Assembly: GCA_045653505.1 (NCBI GenBank)
Contig: JAZOLZ010000001.1
Location: 19,223-83,222 of the forward strand
Source of the DNA: Eubacteriales bacterium
GTDB lineage: Bacteria > Bacillota > Clostridia > Oscillospirales > CAG-272
Direction: 5' to 3'
DNA: 64,000 nucleotides
The translations under genes were made by a program, and so were the position numbers. How positions within the stretch are numbered: the first letter of the stretch is position 1; each line of letters begins with the position of its first letter. Below the pieces are notes generated by a model that did not search any database, was not told where the DNA came from, and was given only the letters and a program-made list of their open reading frames with translations. Below, piece by piece: positions 1 through 10,297 of the stretch.

Positions 1-66
1 GTCTATGAAAACGGCATGCCAAAGCATATAATTATTTAAAAACGCAGTTTAATATGAGGCAGAAAT

Positions 67-120
67 GCAAAAAAACGATCTTGATGTAATGGAGTCATCG
101 GATCGTTTTTTGCGTTTTTT
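67..120 (+). terminator. Rho-independent terminator of a gene lying upstream of the window
   Basis: Inverted repeat gcaaaaaaacgatc (67-80) / gatcgttttttgc (101-113), followed by a T-run. Confidence 0.5.
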
Positions 121-210
121 GGCGTTAAAACAAAAAGAAAAAAACAAAATTTTGTAAAACTATTGATTTTTTTATTTTACTGTGCTACAATAGGCTAGAA
201 AAATAAATAT

Positions 211-340
211 TGCTTATCAAGAGCGGTGGAGGGACTGGCCCTGTGAAGCCCGGCAACCTATACAAAGTATAAGGTGCTAATTCCTGACAGATAAGTCTAT
301 ATCTGGTTACGGGAATGCCTTGCGCACTCTCGTTTTTTTA
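211..340 (+). promoter_or_regulatory. SAM-I (S-box) riboswitch leader of metK
   Basis: cttatcaagagcggtggagggactggccctgtgaagcccggcaacc...aaggtgctaattcctgacagataag carries the S-box core. P1 is cttatc/gataag at 213-218/290-295, with GGTGGAGGGA, GCCCGGCAACC and AAGGTGCTAA. A T7 run sits at 333-339, just before metK. Confidence 0.9.
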
Positions 341-368
341 TTCTCTTGTTTAAGCTGAAAGGACAAAA

Positions 369-1550
369 ATGAAGAAAATACTATTTACATCCGAGTCGGT
401 GACAGAAGAACATAACGATAAAATCTGTGACAAAATTTCCGACGCTATTCTTGATGAGATACTCTCACAGGATCCCGAGAGCCGTGTAGCCTGCGAGACC
501 TTTGCTACTACCGGCATTATCACCGTTATGGGTGAGATTACAACAAATGCCAGTATCGATGTACAGAAGATCGTTAGAGAAACTGTTGGTGAGATTGGCT
601 ATGACAGAGCAAAATACGGCTTTGACTGTACTACCTGTGCAGTTCTTTCTTCCTTACATGCGCAGAGTGAGGATATCGCGCTTGGCGTTGATAAGTGCGC
701 TGAGGCAAAGAGCGGTGAGATGACCGATGATTTGAATACTGGTGCAGGTGACCAGGGTATTATGTTCGGTTATGCTTGTAACGAAACGCCCGAACTTATG
801 CCTTTGCCCATTTCTCTTGCGCATAAACTCGCTAAGAGACTTACTGAGGTTAGAAAGAGCGGTAAACTTTCATACCTTCGTCCCGACGGTAAAACACAGG
901 TAACGGTTGAATACGTAGACGGTGTACCTACAAGAGTTGATACTATCGTAGTTTCCTCTCAGCATTCTGCTGAGATTGACAATGCTACTATCCGCAAGGA
1001 TATCATTGAGCAGGTTATTCTTCCTACCATTCCCAGTGATCTTATCTGCGGCGAGACAAAGATTTACGTAAACCCCACGGGCAGATTTGTTATCGGCGGC
1101 CCTGCAGGTGATACCGGTCTTACCGGTAGAAAGATTATCGTTGATACATACGGCGGTTATTCACGTCACGGCGGCGGCGCATTCTCGGGCAAGGACCCCA
1201 CTAAGGTTGACAGAAGTGCATCCTATGCCGCAAGATACGTTGCTAAAAACGTAGTTAAAGCAGGCCTTGCTGATAAATGTGAGGTTCAGCTTGCATACGC
1301 TATCGGCGTAGCGCGTCCTGTTTCTGTTCTTATCGAGACCTTTGGTACTGCCAAGGTTGATGAGGCAAAGATTGCAGATGCCGTAAATCAGCTCGTAGAC
1401 CTTCGTCCTGCTGCGATTATTAACAGATTTGAACTCAGAAAGCCTATTTACAAGCAACTCGCTGCTTACGGACACATGGGTAGAGAAGACCTTGGTGTTA
1501 AGTGGGAAGAGTGCGATATCGCAGACAAACTTAAGGAACTTTGCAAATAA
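369..1550 (+). CDS. metK: S-adenosylmethionine synthetase
   Basis: 393 aa. Motifs GHPDK-like N-terminus, [12 protein letters not shown] and [17 protein letters not shown]. Preceded by the SAM riboswitch. Confidence 0.97.
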   Translation: MKKILFTSESVTEEHNDKICDKISDAILDEILSQDPESRVACETFATTGIITVMGEITTNASIDVQKIVRETVGEIGYDRAKYGFDCTTCAVLSSLHAQSEDIALGVDKCAEAKSGEMTDDLNTGAGDQGIMFGYACNETPELMPLPISLAHKLAKRLTEVRKSGKLSYLRPDGKTQVTVEYVDGVPTRVDTIVVSSQHSAEIDNATIRKDIIEQVILPTIPSDLICGETKIYVNPTGRFVIGGPAGDTGLTGRKIIVDTYGGYSRHGGGAFSGKDPTKVDRSASYAARYVAKNVVKAGLADKCEVQLAYAIGVARPVSVLIETFGTAKVDEAKIADAVNQLVDLRPAAIINRFELRKPIYKQLAAYGHMGREDLGVKWEECDIADKLKELCK

Positions 1551-1703
1551 CTAAAAACAAAACGGCTCGGTGTCTTTGACTACTGTGGCCGTTTTTGCTT
1601 TTTGGAAATATCTTTTTTATTTTATTATTTTATGCGCATATATTGAAAAAAAGCGAGCCTTGTGATATAATAAAGCAGTAATTTTGCAAAAAGGAGTAGA
1701 ACT

Positions 1704-3911
1704 ATGGCGAATATCAAGATAAAACTTTCGGGCACAATTGAAAACATAGTCTATTCCAATCCGCAAAACGATTATACCGTACTCGATATAGCAACCGAGG
1801 ATGGCGAGCTTATCACTTGTGTGGGCGCTATTCCTCTTGCCTCCGAGGGCGAAAAAATCGTACTTATCGGCTCTTACACATTTCACAAGGAATTTGGCAA
1901 GCAGTTTGCCTTTGAGTCATATGAAAAGACCTTGCCTGAGGATGTTGAGGGCATAATCAAATATCTTTCCTCGCGCGCGGTAAAGGGTGTTGGCCCTGTT
2001 ACCGCACTCAAAATCGTAAACAGATACGGTACTGACACTTTTGACGTTATAGAAAATCATCCGGAGTGGCTTGCGCAGATATCCGGCATAACTATGAAAA
2101 AGGCGGCAGAGATATCAAAGTCTTTCCGTGAGCAGACGGGTATGCGCGAGCTTGTGCTTCTTACACAAAACCATCTTGGCACAGATGAGGTTACAAGGGT
2201 ATATAAAAAACTCGGCAGAGATGCGGTAAACTCCATAAGGGATAACCCTTATATCCTTGCAGAGAGTGAATACGGTATATCTTTTCCCCATGTTGACGGT
2301 ATTGCAAGGGAACTCAATTTTTCTATGGAGCATCCCGCAAGGCTATTAAGCGGTGTAGAGTATATATTATCAAATGTCGGCATACAGTCGGGTCACACCT
2401 GTCTACCGCTTGAAGAACTTATAGGTGAGGCTGTTAATCTTCTTTCTCTTGAAAGGGAACTTATAGAGGCAAGCATCGGCAAATTCCTTATCGATGAGGA
2501 ACTCTCTTATTACAAGAGCGATGATGTGACCTACGTAATGACAAATAATACTGCGAATATGGAAAAATATATATCCCGCCGTATCGCTAATATGAATAAA
2601 AGCGTAGCCACCTTTGACGTAAGCGATATGCGTGCGCTTATACACAAGTGCGAGAGCACGCTCGGTATTGATTACGGTAAAAAGCAATTAGAGGCTATTT
2701 ACGAGGCTTTAAGCGGTACGCCTACAATTATCACAGGCGGCCCCGGTACGGGCAAAACAACGGTAATTAAGGCGCTTTTATCGATATTCAAGAGCATACG
2801 ACTTAAAACGGTGCTCTGCGCTCCCACGGGCAGGGCGGCAAAACGTATGAGCCTTGCTACAAGCGAGGAGGCCAAGACCGTGCACAGACTTCTTGAGGCA
2901 GAGAGAAGCGGGCAGAGGGATATGCGCTTTAACCGTAACGGCAAAAACCCGCTTGATGAGGATGTAATTATCCTTGACGAGGCATCGATGCTTGATTTAC
3001 CATTGCTCTATGCGCTCTTGCTTGCCATGAAGCGCACCGCGCGCCTTATACTCATCGGAGATAAGGACCAGCTGCCAAGTGTCGGGGCAGGCAATATTTT
3101 TGCTGACCTTATAGGCTCGGGCAAAATCAATACCGTAAGACTGACCGAGATATTCAGACAGTCGGGTGAAAGCATGATAGTCACCAATGCGCATAGGATA
3201 AATAACGGCGAGAATGCTATATGCAATCTTAAGGGCAAGGACTTTTTCTTTGTAAGAGAGAATGAGGAGAATATTCCTAGCTCGGTTGCCAATCTCATAA
3301 TCAAGCGTTTGCCTGCTACCTACGGCAATGCAATAAAAAGCCAGATACAGGTCATAGCGCCGTCTAAAAAGGGCTTTGGCGGTATTGAGGTATTAAATAA
3401 CGAACTGCAGGCCGCTCTTAATCCTCAGAGCAAATTTAAACTTGAGAAGGCTACGCACGGCATAATTTTGCGCGAGGGTGACAGGGTTATGCAAAATGTC
3501 AATAACTATGATATTGACTGGAAAAAGGGCGATGAGGACGGCCTTGGCGTCTTTAACGGAGATATCGGTGTTGTTGAGAGCATTGATATGCGTAAGCAGG
3601 AACTTAAGGTAAGATATGATGATAAACTTGCCAGATACGAATTTGAAAATCTTGACGAGCTTGATTTGGCATATGCAATAACGGTGCATAAAAGTCAGGG
3701 CAGTGAATACGGTGTAGTTATAATTCCTATGTACCACTGCGCACCGATGCTTATGACACGCAATCTTTTATATACTGCCGTAACACGCGCAAAGAATATG
3801 GTAATTCTTGTCGGCAGGCCCGATGTATCCGAATATATGGTCAAAAACAATCGGGAAATACACAGATTTACAACATTAAAACAAAGACTTATAGAATATT
3901 TTGCAATATAG
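1704..3911 (+). CDS. recD2: RecD2-type SF1 ATP-dependent DNA helicase
   Basis: 735 aa. Walker A is GGPGTGKTT, Walker B is IILDEASM, and YAITVHKSQGSE is the C-terminal helicase motif. Confidence 0.9.
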   Translation: MANIKIKLSGTIENIVYSNPQNDYTVLDIATEDGELITCVGAIPLASEGEKIVLIGSYTFHKEFGKQFAFESYEKTLPEDVEGIIKYLSSRAVKGVGPVTALKIVNRYGTDTFDVIENHPEWLAQISGITMKKAAEISKSFREQTGMRELVLLTQNHLGTDEVTRVYKKLGRDAVNSIRDNPYILAESEYGISFPHVDGIARELNFSMEHPARLLSGVEYILSNVGIQSGHTCLPLEELIGEAVNLLSLERELIEASIGKFLIDEELSYYKSDDVTYVMTNNTANMEKYISRRIANMNKSVATFDVSDMRALIHKCESTLGIDYGKKQLEAIYEALSGTPTIITGGPGTGKTTVIKALLSIFKSIRLKTVLCAPTGRAAKRMSLATSEEAKTVHRLLEAERSGQRDMRFNRNGKNPLDEDVIILDEASMLDLPLLYALLLAMKRTARLILIGDKDQLPSVGAGNIFADLIGSGKINTVRLTEIFRQSGESMIVTNAHRINNGENAICNLKGKDFFFVRENEENIPSSVANLIIKRLPATYGNAIKSQIQVIAPSKKGFGGIEVLNNELQAALNPQSKFKLEKATHGIILREGDRVMQNVNNYDIDWKKGDEDGLGVFNGDIGVVESIDMRKQELKVRYDDKLARYEFENLDELDLAYAITVHKSQGSEYGVVIIPMYHCAPMLMTRNLLYTAVTRAKNMVILVGRPDVSEYMVKNNREIHRFTTLKQRLIEYFAI

Positions 3912-4003
3912 TCTTGAAAAAGTGTAAAATTTATTGTAGAATAAATAGAAGGCATTTAAATTGTACTGAAGGCATTTGAATTATACTTAAGAAAGGATAC
4001 AGC

Positions 4004-5047
4004 ATGGTTACAAAGGTTGGCATTGACCTAGGTTATGCAAATATAACCCTGTCCGACGTTGTTGCGGGGATTTTACGCGAGCCGTCGGTTGCTCTTATCG
4101 ATAAAAATACACGCCGTATCATTTCAGTTGGTAATGCGGCAGAGAACCAAAATGTAAGTCTGGGTTCGGGTGCTACGCTTGTGCGTCCATTCCGTAACGG
4201 CTTGCTTTATTCTGCGGATCTTACCGAGGAGATAATGAAGAATGCTCTTGGTGCATTAAAGGGTAGTGAGAAGATACGCTGTCTTATCGGCGTACCCTCA
4301 ACACTTTTGCCTAAACAACTTACCTCAGTTCTTGAGATGCTTCAGCGCGCAGGCGCAGATGAATGCTATGCTGTTGACAGAGCGGCGGCGGCGCTTATAG
4401 GTGCCGGTTATTCCCCTGCTATGAGTGTTGTGTCGGTAAATATCGGTGCGGCATTTACCGAGATAGCCGTATTCCATAACGGTAAGGTAATTCTTTCAGC
4501 CTCTGAGGATGTTGGCGGTGAGGCTTTTGATGAGGCTGTCAGACAGTACGTGCTTGAGGAGGGCGGAGTTAATATTTCACTCTCTGTTGCCAGGACGATA
4601 AAGGAAAGGCTCGGCGCTGTTTGGAAGGGTAAGAAAAACGAATCAATTGAAATTGAGGGTGTGCTTGCTCTTACAGGTAACGTAATTAAAATGAACATAT
4701 CCTCCGAGGATCTTCTCGGTGTGTTTGAAAAACCGCTTCAAAAACTTATTTACGGCATTGCAAACGTTGTTAAAAAGATACCTACCGATTATGTGGAGGA
4801 GATCTTTACAAACGGTATCGTATTAAGCGGCGGTGGGGCAGAGCTCTACGGTCTTGACCGTATGATAGCAAAGGTGCTCGGCATTGCGGTCACAAGACCC
4901 ACTTCTCCTATAGACAGTGTTGCAATGGGTCTTGCAAGGATCAATACCTTCCTGCCAAGCAAGATGCGCAGTAGTAATAAAAACGTAACAAATCAACTTG
5001 CAAAGTTGTATGATGCAAAACAAAAAAAGTCAAAGAGTAAGGGATGA
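4004..5047 (+). CDS. Divergent MreB-like actin-fold protein
   Basis: 347 aa. Shows the actin/MreB phosphate and adenosine motifs (GIDLGYAN, VNIGAAFTEIAV, VGGEAFDEA, IVLSGGGAELYGLD). The basic C-terminal tail is not typical of MreB. Confidence 0.7.
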   Translation: MVTKVGIDLGYANITLSDVVAGILREPSVALIDKNTRRIISVGNAAENQNVSLGSGATLVRPFRNGLLYSADLTEEIMKNALGALKGSEKIRCLIGVPSTLLPKQLTSVLEMLQRAGADECYAVDRAAAALIGAGYSPAMSVVSVNIGAAFTEIAVFHNGKVILSASEDVGGEAFDEAVRQYVLEEGGVNISLSVARTIKERLGAVWKGKKNESIEIEGVLALTGNVIKMNISSEDLLGVFEKPLQKLIYGIANVVKKIPTDYVEEIFTNGIVLSGGGAELYGLDRMIAKVLGIAVTRPTSPIDSVAMGLARINTFLPSKMRSSNKNVTNQLAKLYDAKQKKSKSKG

Positions 5048-5052
5048 TAAAA

Positions 5053-5184
5053 ATGAAAAACGGTAATGATAAGAAGAACAATCAGAAGAATGATTTATAC
5101 GCAAAAATAGTTGCTGTATCACTTTCAACAATTATGCTTCTCAGCGTAGTGCTCGGTATGTTGTATCCTTTCTTCGTTAAGTAA
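5053..5184 (+). CDS. 43-aa small membrane protein (below the ORF-track cutoff)
   Basis: ATG lies 5 nt after the mreB-like stop. Translation is MKNGNDKKNNQKNDLYAKIVAVSLSTIMLLSVVLGMLYPFFVK, a charged N-terminus plus one TM helix. A terminator follows. Confidence 0.45.
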   Translation: MKNGNDKKNNQKNDLYAKIVAVSLSTIMLLSVVLGMLYPFFVK

Positions 5185-5210
5185 TTTTGGTACATATTCC
5201 GATATAACAA

Positions 5211-5266
5211 GCAGTCCGGTAAATCCTGCCAAGGGGTAGGGAAGAGGTGCCGGACTGCTTTTTGTT
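5211..5266 (+). terminator. Rho-independent terminator after the mreB-like operon
   Basis: gcagtccgg (5211-5219) / ccggactgc (5250-5258), followed by tttttgttttt. Confidence 0.75.
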
Positions 5267-5535
5267 TTTGTGATTTTTCAACCTTAAGATTACACTAAAA
5301 CAACAAGAAATTTTTAAAATTTAAACAAAATACACTTTTCCGTTTTGACAAAATTTTTTTGTGGAATTCTGTGCAAAAAAGTTTTGGGTGTGAAAAAGTA
5401 TGTGCAAAATTTTTCTATGCAAGATAAAATTGTGGAAAACTTTTTGGAATAAAATACACTATTCCGTCATTTTTGCAAAAATAAATGTAAAATTAATCAA
5501 AATCGATACTTTTTTACACTTTTGGCATTTTTGAA

Positions 5536-5594
5536 AATAAAAAAGCAGAGCAAGTACACTGATATAGATGTATCTTGCTCTGCTTTTTATTTTG
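5536..5594. terminator. Bidirectional terminator that serves ftsZ
   Basis: agcagagcaagta / tatcttgctctgct hairpin at 5544-5584, flanked by A-run and T-run. Confidence 0.8.
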
Positions 5595-5605
5595 TGTGTT
5601 TTGAT

Positions 5606-6832
5606 TTAAGACTTCTTAACTTTTTTAATGCAGGTAAAGAGTTCCTCATACTCCTGATAAGCGCTCTTTGTCTCATTCTTGGGCTCGCTCTTTGGAGTGA
5701 TAATTTCGCTCTTTATGATCTCATCAAGAGTGGGCGCTTTGGTTTCAACGACGGTCTCTTCTACAGTATCCTCATAGTCGTCCTCGTCGACGGTATATGA
5801 TGAATTGTCTACCTTGTCAACGTTCTTTAGATATGCTGTGGGATTGACACTGATGGTATCAGCAGCGTTAGCCTTAGCACTGTCAAAGCCGGTAGCAATA
5901 ATGGTAACTCTCATCTTATCCTCAAGGCTGGGATCAAAGGATGCGCCCCATATAATATTAGCATCGGGATGTGCTTCCTCGTGTACCATCTTACAAGCCC
6001 TGTCAACCTCATCAAGTTGCAGGTCCATACCGCCTGTGATACTGATAAGCACGCCGGTAGCACCGGTAATGCTTGTCTCAAGCAGGGGTGAGGAAATAGC
6101 GGATATAGCCGCCTCACTCGCCTTATCGGGGCCCTGTCCGTAGCCAACACCCATATGTGCATAGCCGGAGCCGAGCATGATCTTGCTTACGTCAGCAAAG
6201 TCAAGATTGATAAAGCCAGCCTTGTTGATAACCTCGGATACAGACTGCACGCCGCGGCGGAGTACGTCGTCGGCTATTTCAAAGGCGTTTACAAGCGTAA
6301 TTTTCTCGCCCTCAACCTCCTTGAGGCGCTCGTTGGGGATAACGATAAGCGAGTCAACGTATTTTGAGAGTTCTGCGATACCGAGGGTTGCATTGTTCAT
6401 TCTGGTTTTGCCTTCAAATGCAAAGGGTTTTGTAACAATACCTATTGTGAGTGCTCCAAGTTCCTTAGCCGCTCTTGCAACTACAGGAGCAGCGCCCGTA
6501 CCTGTACCGCCACCCATACCGGTGGTGATAAACACCATATCTGCGCCCTGGATTATCTGCTTGATGCTCTCATAAGATTCCTCAGCGCTGCGCTTACCAA
6601 CATCAGGATCACTGCCTGCGCCCTTACCTCTGGTAATCTCCTCGCCGATAACAAGTTTTTTAGCGGCGCAAGAGGTATCAAGCGCCTGTTTATCTGTATT
6701 TACCGCAATAAATTCAACACCGCGTGTGTTAGCAGAGATCATACGGTTTACGGCATTGTTACCGCCGCCGCCGACACCGATAACCTTAATTTTTACGCCA
6801 CTTTCGTATTCCTGCTCAAAATCGAATTCCAT
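5606..6832 (-). CDS. ftsZ: Cell division protein FtsZ
   Basis: 408 aa. Motifs GVGGGGNNAVNRM and GGGTGTGAAPV (tubulin signature). Confidence 0.98.
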   Translation of the reverse strand: MEFDFEQEYESGVKIKVIGVGGGGNNAVNRMISANTRGVEFIAVNTDKQALDTSCAAKKLVIGEEITRGKGAGSDPDVGKRSAEESYESIKQIIQGADMVFITTGMGGGTGTGAAPVVARAAKELGALTIGIVTKPFAFEGKTRMNNATLGIAELSKYVDSLIVIPNERLKEVEGEKITLVNAFEIADDVLRRGVQSVSEVINKAGFINLDFADVSKIMLGSGYAHMGVGYGQGPDKASEAAISAISSPLLETSITGATGVLISITGGMDLQLDEVDRACKMVHEEAHPDANIIWGASFDPSLEDKMRVTIIATGFDSAKANAADTISVNPTAYLKNVDKVDNSSYTVDEDDYEDTVEETVVETKAPTLDEIIKSEIITPKSEPKNETKSAYQEYEELFTCIKKVKKS

Positions 6833-6949
6833 ATGTAGACCTCCTAAAAGGATAATATTTATAGATTATATAATATATTATAAGTGTATTTGGTATATTT
6901 TTCAAGACTTTTAAAGAAAAAATATTTTAAATATTTTAAATTTTATTTT

Positions 6950-6990
6950 TCGGCAAATAAAACAAGGCAGAACACACCGCGTGTTCTGCC
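6950..6990 (-). terminator. Rho-independent terminator after murG
   Basis: ggcagaacac (6966-6975) / gtgttctgcc (6981-6990). On the minus strand it is followed by ttgttttattt. Confidence 0.8.
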
Positions 6991-7000
6991 TCTTGGTATC

Positions 7001-8113
7001 TTATCCGCCTTGTCTTTTCTCTATGGCATCTACAATTTCCTTTGTGATAATCTCAAGGGTATTTTCTTTACTGAGTGTGCGTTGCGCATCAACCAGATTA
7101 AGCCGTGCCTTTGGCGAGCGTATCAGTTTTATAAGAGTTTCCTTGAGATGCTGGCCTGCGCCATCGTTCTCTTCAATGATTATTCCTCCCCCTTTTGATT
7201 TTATATTAAGGGCGTTCTTCATTTGATGGTCGTTGGTAACGTTTGGTGATGGTATCAGTATAGGGGCAACTCCGACAGCGCATATTTCGGCAATAGTCAT
7301 AGCGCCGCACCTACTTATGACTATATCTGCGCTGCACAGTAGCCTTGGCATATCATCGCGGAATGGGACGATTTTATCCTTTCCGTTTTCACAAAGGCTC
7401 GGATATTCATTCTTTATTTCTTCATAATACCTTTTTCCCGAGATATGCATATGGTGTGCGTATGCAAGTGGCGCAGATACCGTCCTCATCATATCAATGC
7501 ACATATCGTTTAAAACCTTTGCTCCGATGCTTCCACCTACAGACAGGATAAATATATCCGTCTTTTTTAGTCCAAGCGATGCTCTGGCGGCATCTCTGCT
7601 GTATTTATAAAATTCCTTGCGCACGGGGTTGCCTACGAATATCGCGCGTGAAAACCGTTTTTTTATATCCTCTGAGTCAAAGCCGAGTAAAAGTTTATCT
7701 GCACCTCTTGCAAGCAGTCTTGCACTAAGGCCCAAAACTGCATTTGCCTCGTGAATGAGTGTCGCTATTCCCATTTTTTGCGCTTCTTTTACTATAGGAT
7801 AGCAGACGTAACCGCCCATACCGATAACTGCATCCGGCTTAAAGCGTGTAAGTATTTTTTTCGCCTCGCCTGATGCCTTGGCAACGTTTACAATGCTTTT
7901 TACCGTCTTTAAACTTATTTTTCGGTTAAATCCCTCAATTTTTACGGTATATATCGGATAACCTGCTTTTTTTACTATCTCGTTTTCACTACCACCCTCT
8001 CTTAGAGCAAAGGCTACAGTTGACCCTTCAAATTCCTTTAATATTTTTTCTGCAATTGCAAGCCCGGGAGTTATGTGCCCAAGCGTTCCTCCGCCGCAAA
8101 TTAAAAGCCGCAT
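7001..8113 (-). CDS. murG: Lipid II synthase MurG (undecaprenyl-PP-MurNAc-pentapeptide GlcNAc transferase)
   Basis: MRLLICGGGTLGHITPG N-terminus. Start moved to the ATG at 8113, which follows an aggag RBS. The track ORF extends upstream into the ftsW end. Confidence 0.93.
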   Translation of the reverse strand: MRLLICGGGTLGHITPGLAIAEKILKEFEGSTVAFALREGGSENEIVKKAGYPIYTVKIEGFNRKISLKTVKSIVNVAKASGEAKKILTRFKPDAVIGMGGYVCYPIVKEAQKMGIATLIHEANAVLGLSARLLARGADKLLLGFDSEDIKKRFSRAIFVGNPVRKEFYKYSRDAARASLGLKKTDIFILSVGGSIGAKVLNDMCIDMMRTVSAPLAYAHHMHISGKRYYEEIKNEYPSLCENGKDKIVPFRDDMPRLLCSADIVISRCGAMTIAEICAVGVAPILIPSPNVTNDHQMKNALNIKSKGGGIIIEENDGAGQHLKETLIKLIRSPKARLNLVDAQRTLSKENTLEIITKEIVDAIEKRQGG

Positions 8114-8123
8114 TTTAAATCTC

Positions 8124-9269
8124 CTATTTAACGATTTTTGCACCTCTTGAGACGGATAGCAGTATACCCATCTCCAAAAACAGCATAACGAGCGATGATC
8201 CTCCGTAACTGAAAAACGGCAAGGAAATTCCCGTATTGGGGATTGTGTTGGTAACTACCGCTACGTTAAGCAGCACCTGTATAGCCGTTTTGGTTGTAAG
8301 TCCAAAGGCAATAAGTCGCGCATACACGTTTTCTGCCTTTAGTGCAATTATGTACCCTCTGTATACCAAAAGCGCAAATAAGCCAAGCACCAAGGCCGCA
8401 CCGACAAATCCCAGTTCCTCGCAAAGGATAGCAAAAATCATATCGTTTGCGGGCTCCGATACGTAGCAGTATTTTAATACGCTCTTTCCCAGCCCTATGC
8501 CAAAAAGTCCCCCTGAGCCTATTGCCATAAGTCCCTGCAGAGTTTGCCATCCGCCGGTCAGCCTATATTTTTCGGGGTTTTGCCAAACGGTGATTCTTTC
8601 CTTTGTGTAATCGGTAAAGATAGCAAGACAGGCAACACCAACCCCACCTAGGCCACTAAAGATGCTTATATATCTCGTATGCACCCCCGCAACCACTATC
8701 ATAAGTAACCCTAAGAGACCCAGTATAATAATACAGGACAGGTGTTTTTGCAGCATTACAAGAATTACGTAGGATAAAAGTATCACACCCGGCAAAAGAG
8801 TGCCGTAAATAAATATATTTTTGTTTTTCTTCTTGTCAAGCGCCTTCTCCTCATATTCCGAAAAATAAAAGGCAAGCATCATAACCAGCGTCATCTTTCC
8901 AATCTCTGATGGTTGAATGGTGATTGGTCCGATTGATATCCATCTCTGCGCGCCGTTACCCGCAAACCCGATAATAAGTACTAGCAAAAGTAAAACAAGC
9001 GTACCCACGTAAGCATACGGCGTTATTTTCTTATAGAGTTCAATCTTTACATGCGAGGCAAAATACATTACCGCAATACCTATTACCAACCATACTATCT
9101 GTCTCCTTATAAAGTAGGTTCCGTCATCATACCTGAAGTTGGCGTAAGCCCACCCGGCGCTGAAGACCATTACGGTGCCGTACAGAGATAATAATACAAC
9201 ACTGAGAAGTAAAATTTTGTCACACCGCGCGCTCTGCAATTTAAATTTGAGTTTTAAAGTCTTATTCAT
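8124..9269 (-). CDS. ftsW: FtsW/SpoVE family SEDS peptidoglycan glycosyltransferase
   Basis: 381 aa polytopic membrane protein. Conserved C-terminal NTGISLPFFSYGGSS. Confidence 0.93.
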   Translation of the reverse strand: MNKTLKLKFKLQSARCDKILLLSVVLLSLYGTVMVFSAGWAYANFRYDDGTYFIRRQIVWLVIGIAVMYFASHVKIELYKKITPYAYVGTLVLLLLVLIIGFAGNGAQRWISIGPITIQPSEIGKMTLVMMLAFYFSEYEEKALDKKKNKNIFIYGTLLPGVILLSYVILVMLQKHLSCIIILGLLGLLMIVVAGVHTRYISIFSGLGGVGVACLAIFTDYTKERITVWQNPEKYRLTGGWQTLQGLMAIGSGGLFGIGLGKSVLKYCYVSEPANDMIFAILCEELGFVGAALVLGLFALLVYRGYIIALKAENVYARLIAFGLTTKTAIQVLLNVAVVTNTIPNTGISLPFFSYGGSSLVMLFLEMGILLSVSRGAKIVK

Positions 9270-9301
9270 AAAAGATCCTCAGAGTTTTATTCAAAAAAAC
9301 G

Positions 9302-10297
9302 TTACGGTATATATAAGATATAGGCTATAAGTGAAAATACAAAGGTGACAAGTATAGCGTAGATGCATATTTTGTTTTCGCTATATCCGCTCTTTTCAAG
9401 GTGGTGGTGCAGCGGTGCCATTTTAAATAGGCGCTTTCTTGTCAGTTTGAATATAATTACCTGAAGTATTACCGATACACCCTCTATTACGTATACTATA
9501 CCCAAAGGTATGAGCAATATCGGATTATCAAGACTGAATACTGCGCCCACTATAAGAGCACCGAGAAATAGTGAACCGGTATCTCCCATGAATATTTTTG
9601 CAGGATTGATGTTGTATATAAGAAATCCGATACTTCCGCCCATAAGCGCTATAGATACAAATGATGAGGAATATGATACACCAAAGGATAAATAGAAAAG
9701 AGAAAGACCGATTGCAAATGCACAGCTTGCAGCAAGACCGTCAACACCGTCCGTAAGGTTGGCACAGTTTACGATACCCAGAATTAAGAACACAGCAAGC
9801 GGATAATAGAGAAGTCCTAACTCTATATCTGCAAATGCAAAATACAGTTTGGTAGTATCGGATATGAGAATACTGCGCGCGAACAAAAATATTATAGCAA
9901 CCAAAAGTTGCAAAAGTATTTTTTGTTTAGGTGTAAGACCGCCGTTGTCCTTACGCCTGATTTTTGTAATATCGTCAAAAAGGCCTATAAGTCCGTTTGC
10001 AATGGCAAATAAAACGGTTATTAAAGCAGAGTAAAACTCTTTTTGATCAGCCGTAAAATAGAGGTACGGGCAAACAAAAAGCATTGAGAGGGATATCGCG
10101 CCTATAAAGGCCAGCCCACCCATAGTAGGTGTGCCCGCTTTTGATTGGTGCCATATCGGACCGTCAATATATATAGGCTGCTCAGCCTTTCTTTTCATAA
10201 ACGGGATCAAATGTTTTTCTATAATTGCCGTTAATGCTAACACAAAGATAAAAACAAGGGCGTAATATATAAAATTTTTATCCATCATCTTTTTCAC
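9302..10297 (-). CDS. mraY: Phospho-N-acetylmuramoyl-pentapeptide transferase
   Basis: 331 aa. Motifs PTMGG, NLTDGVDGLA and FMGDTGSL. Confidence 0.95.
   Translation of the reverse strand: MKKMMDKNFIYYALVFIFVLALTAIIEKHLIPFMKRKAEQPIYIDGPIWHQSKAGTPTMGGLAFIGAISLSMLFVCPYLYFTADQKEFYSALITVLFAIANGLIGLFDDITKIRRKDNGGLTPKQKILLQLLVAIIFLFARSILISDTTKLYFAFADIELGLLYYPLAVFLILGIVNCANLTDGVDGLAASCAFAIGLSLFYLSFGVSYSSSFVSIALMGGSIGFLIYNINPAKIFMGDTGSLFLGALIVGAVFSLDNPILLIPLGIVYVIEGVSVILQVIIFKLTRKRLFKMAPLHHHLEKSGYSENKICIYAILVTFVFSLIAYILYIP

Noticed and set aside
5361-5449. Cluster of TGTGNAAAA words as DnaA boxes or a replication origin
   Set aside because: Each word deviates from TGTGNATAA. Similar words occur elsewhere in AT-rich leaders. 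There is no dnaA/dnaN context or AT-rich unwinding element that can be distinguished from background. It is kept only as a low-interest repeat observation.
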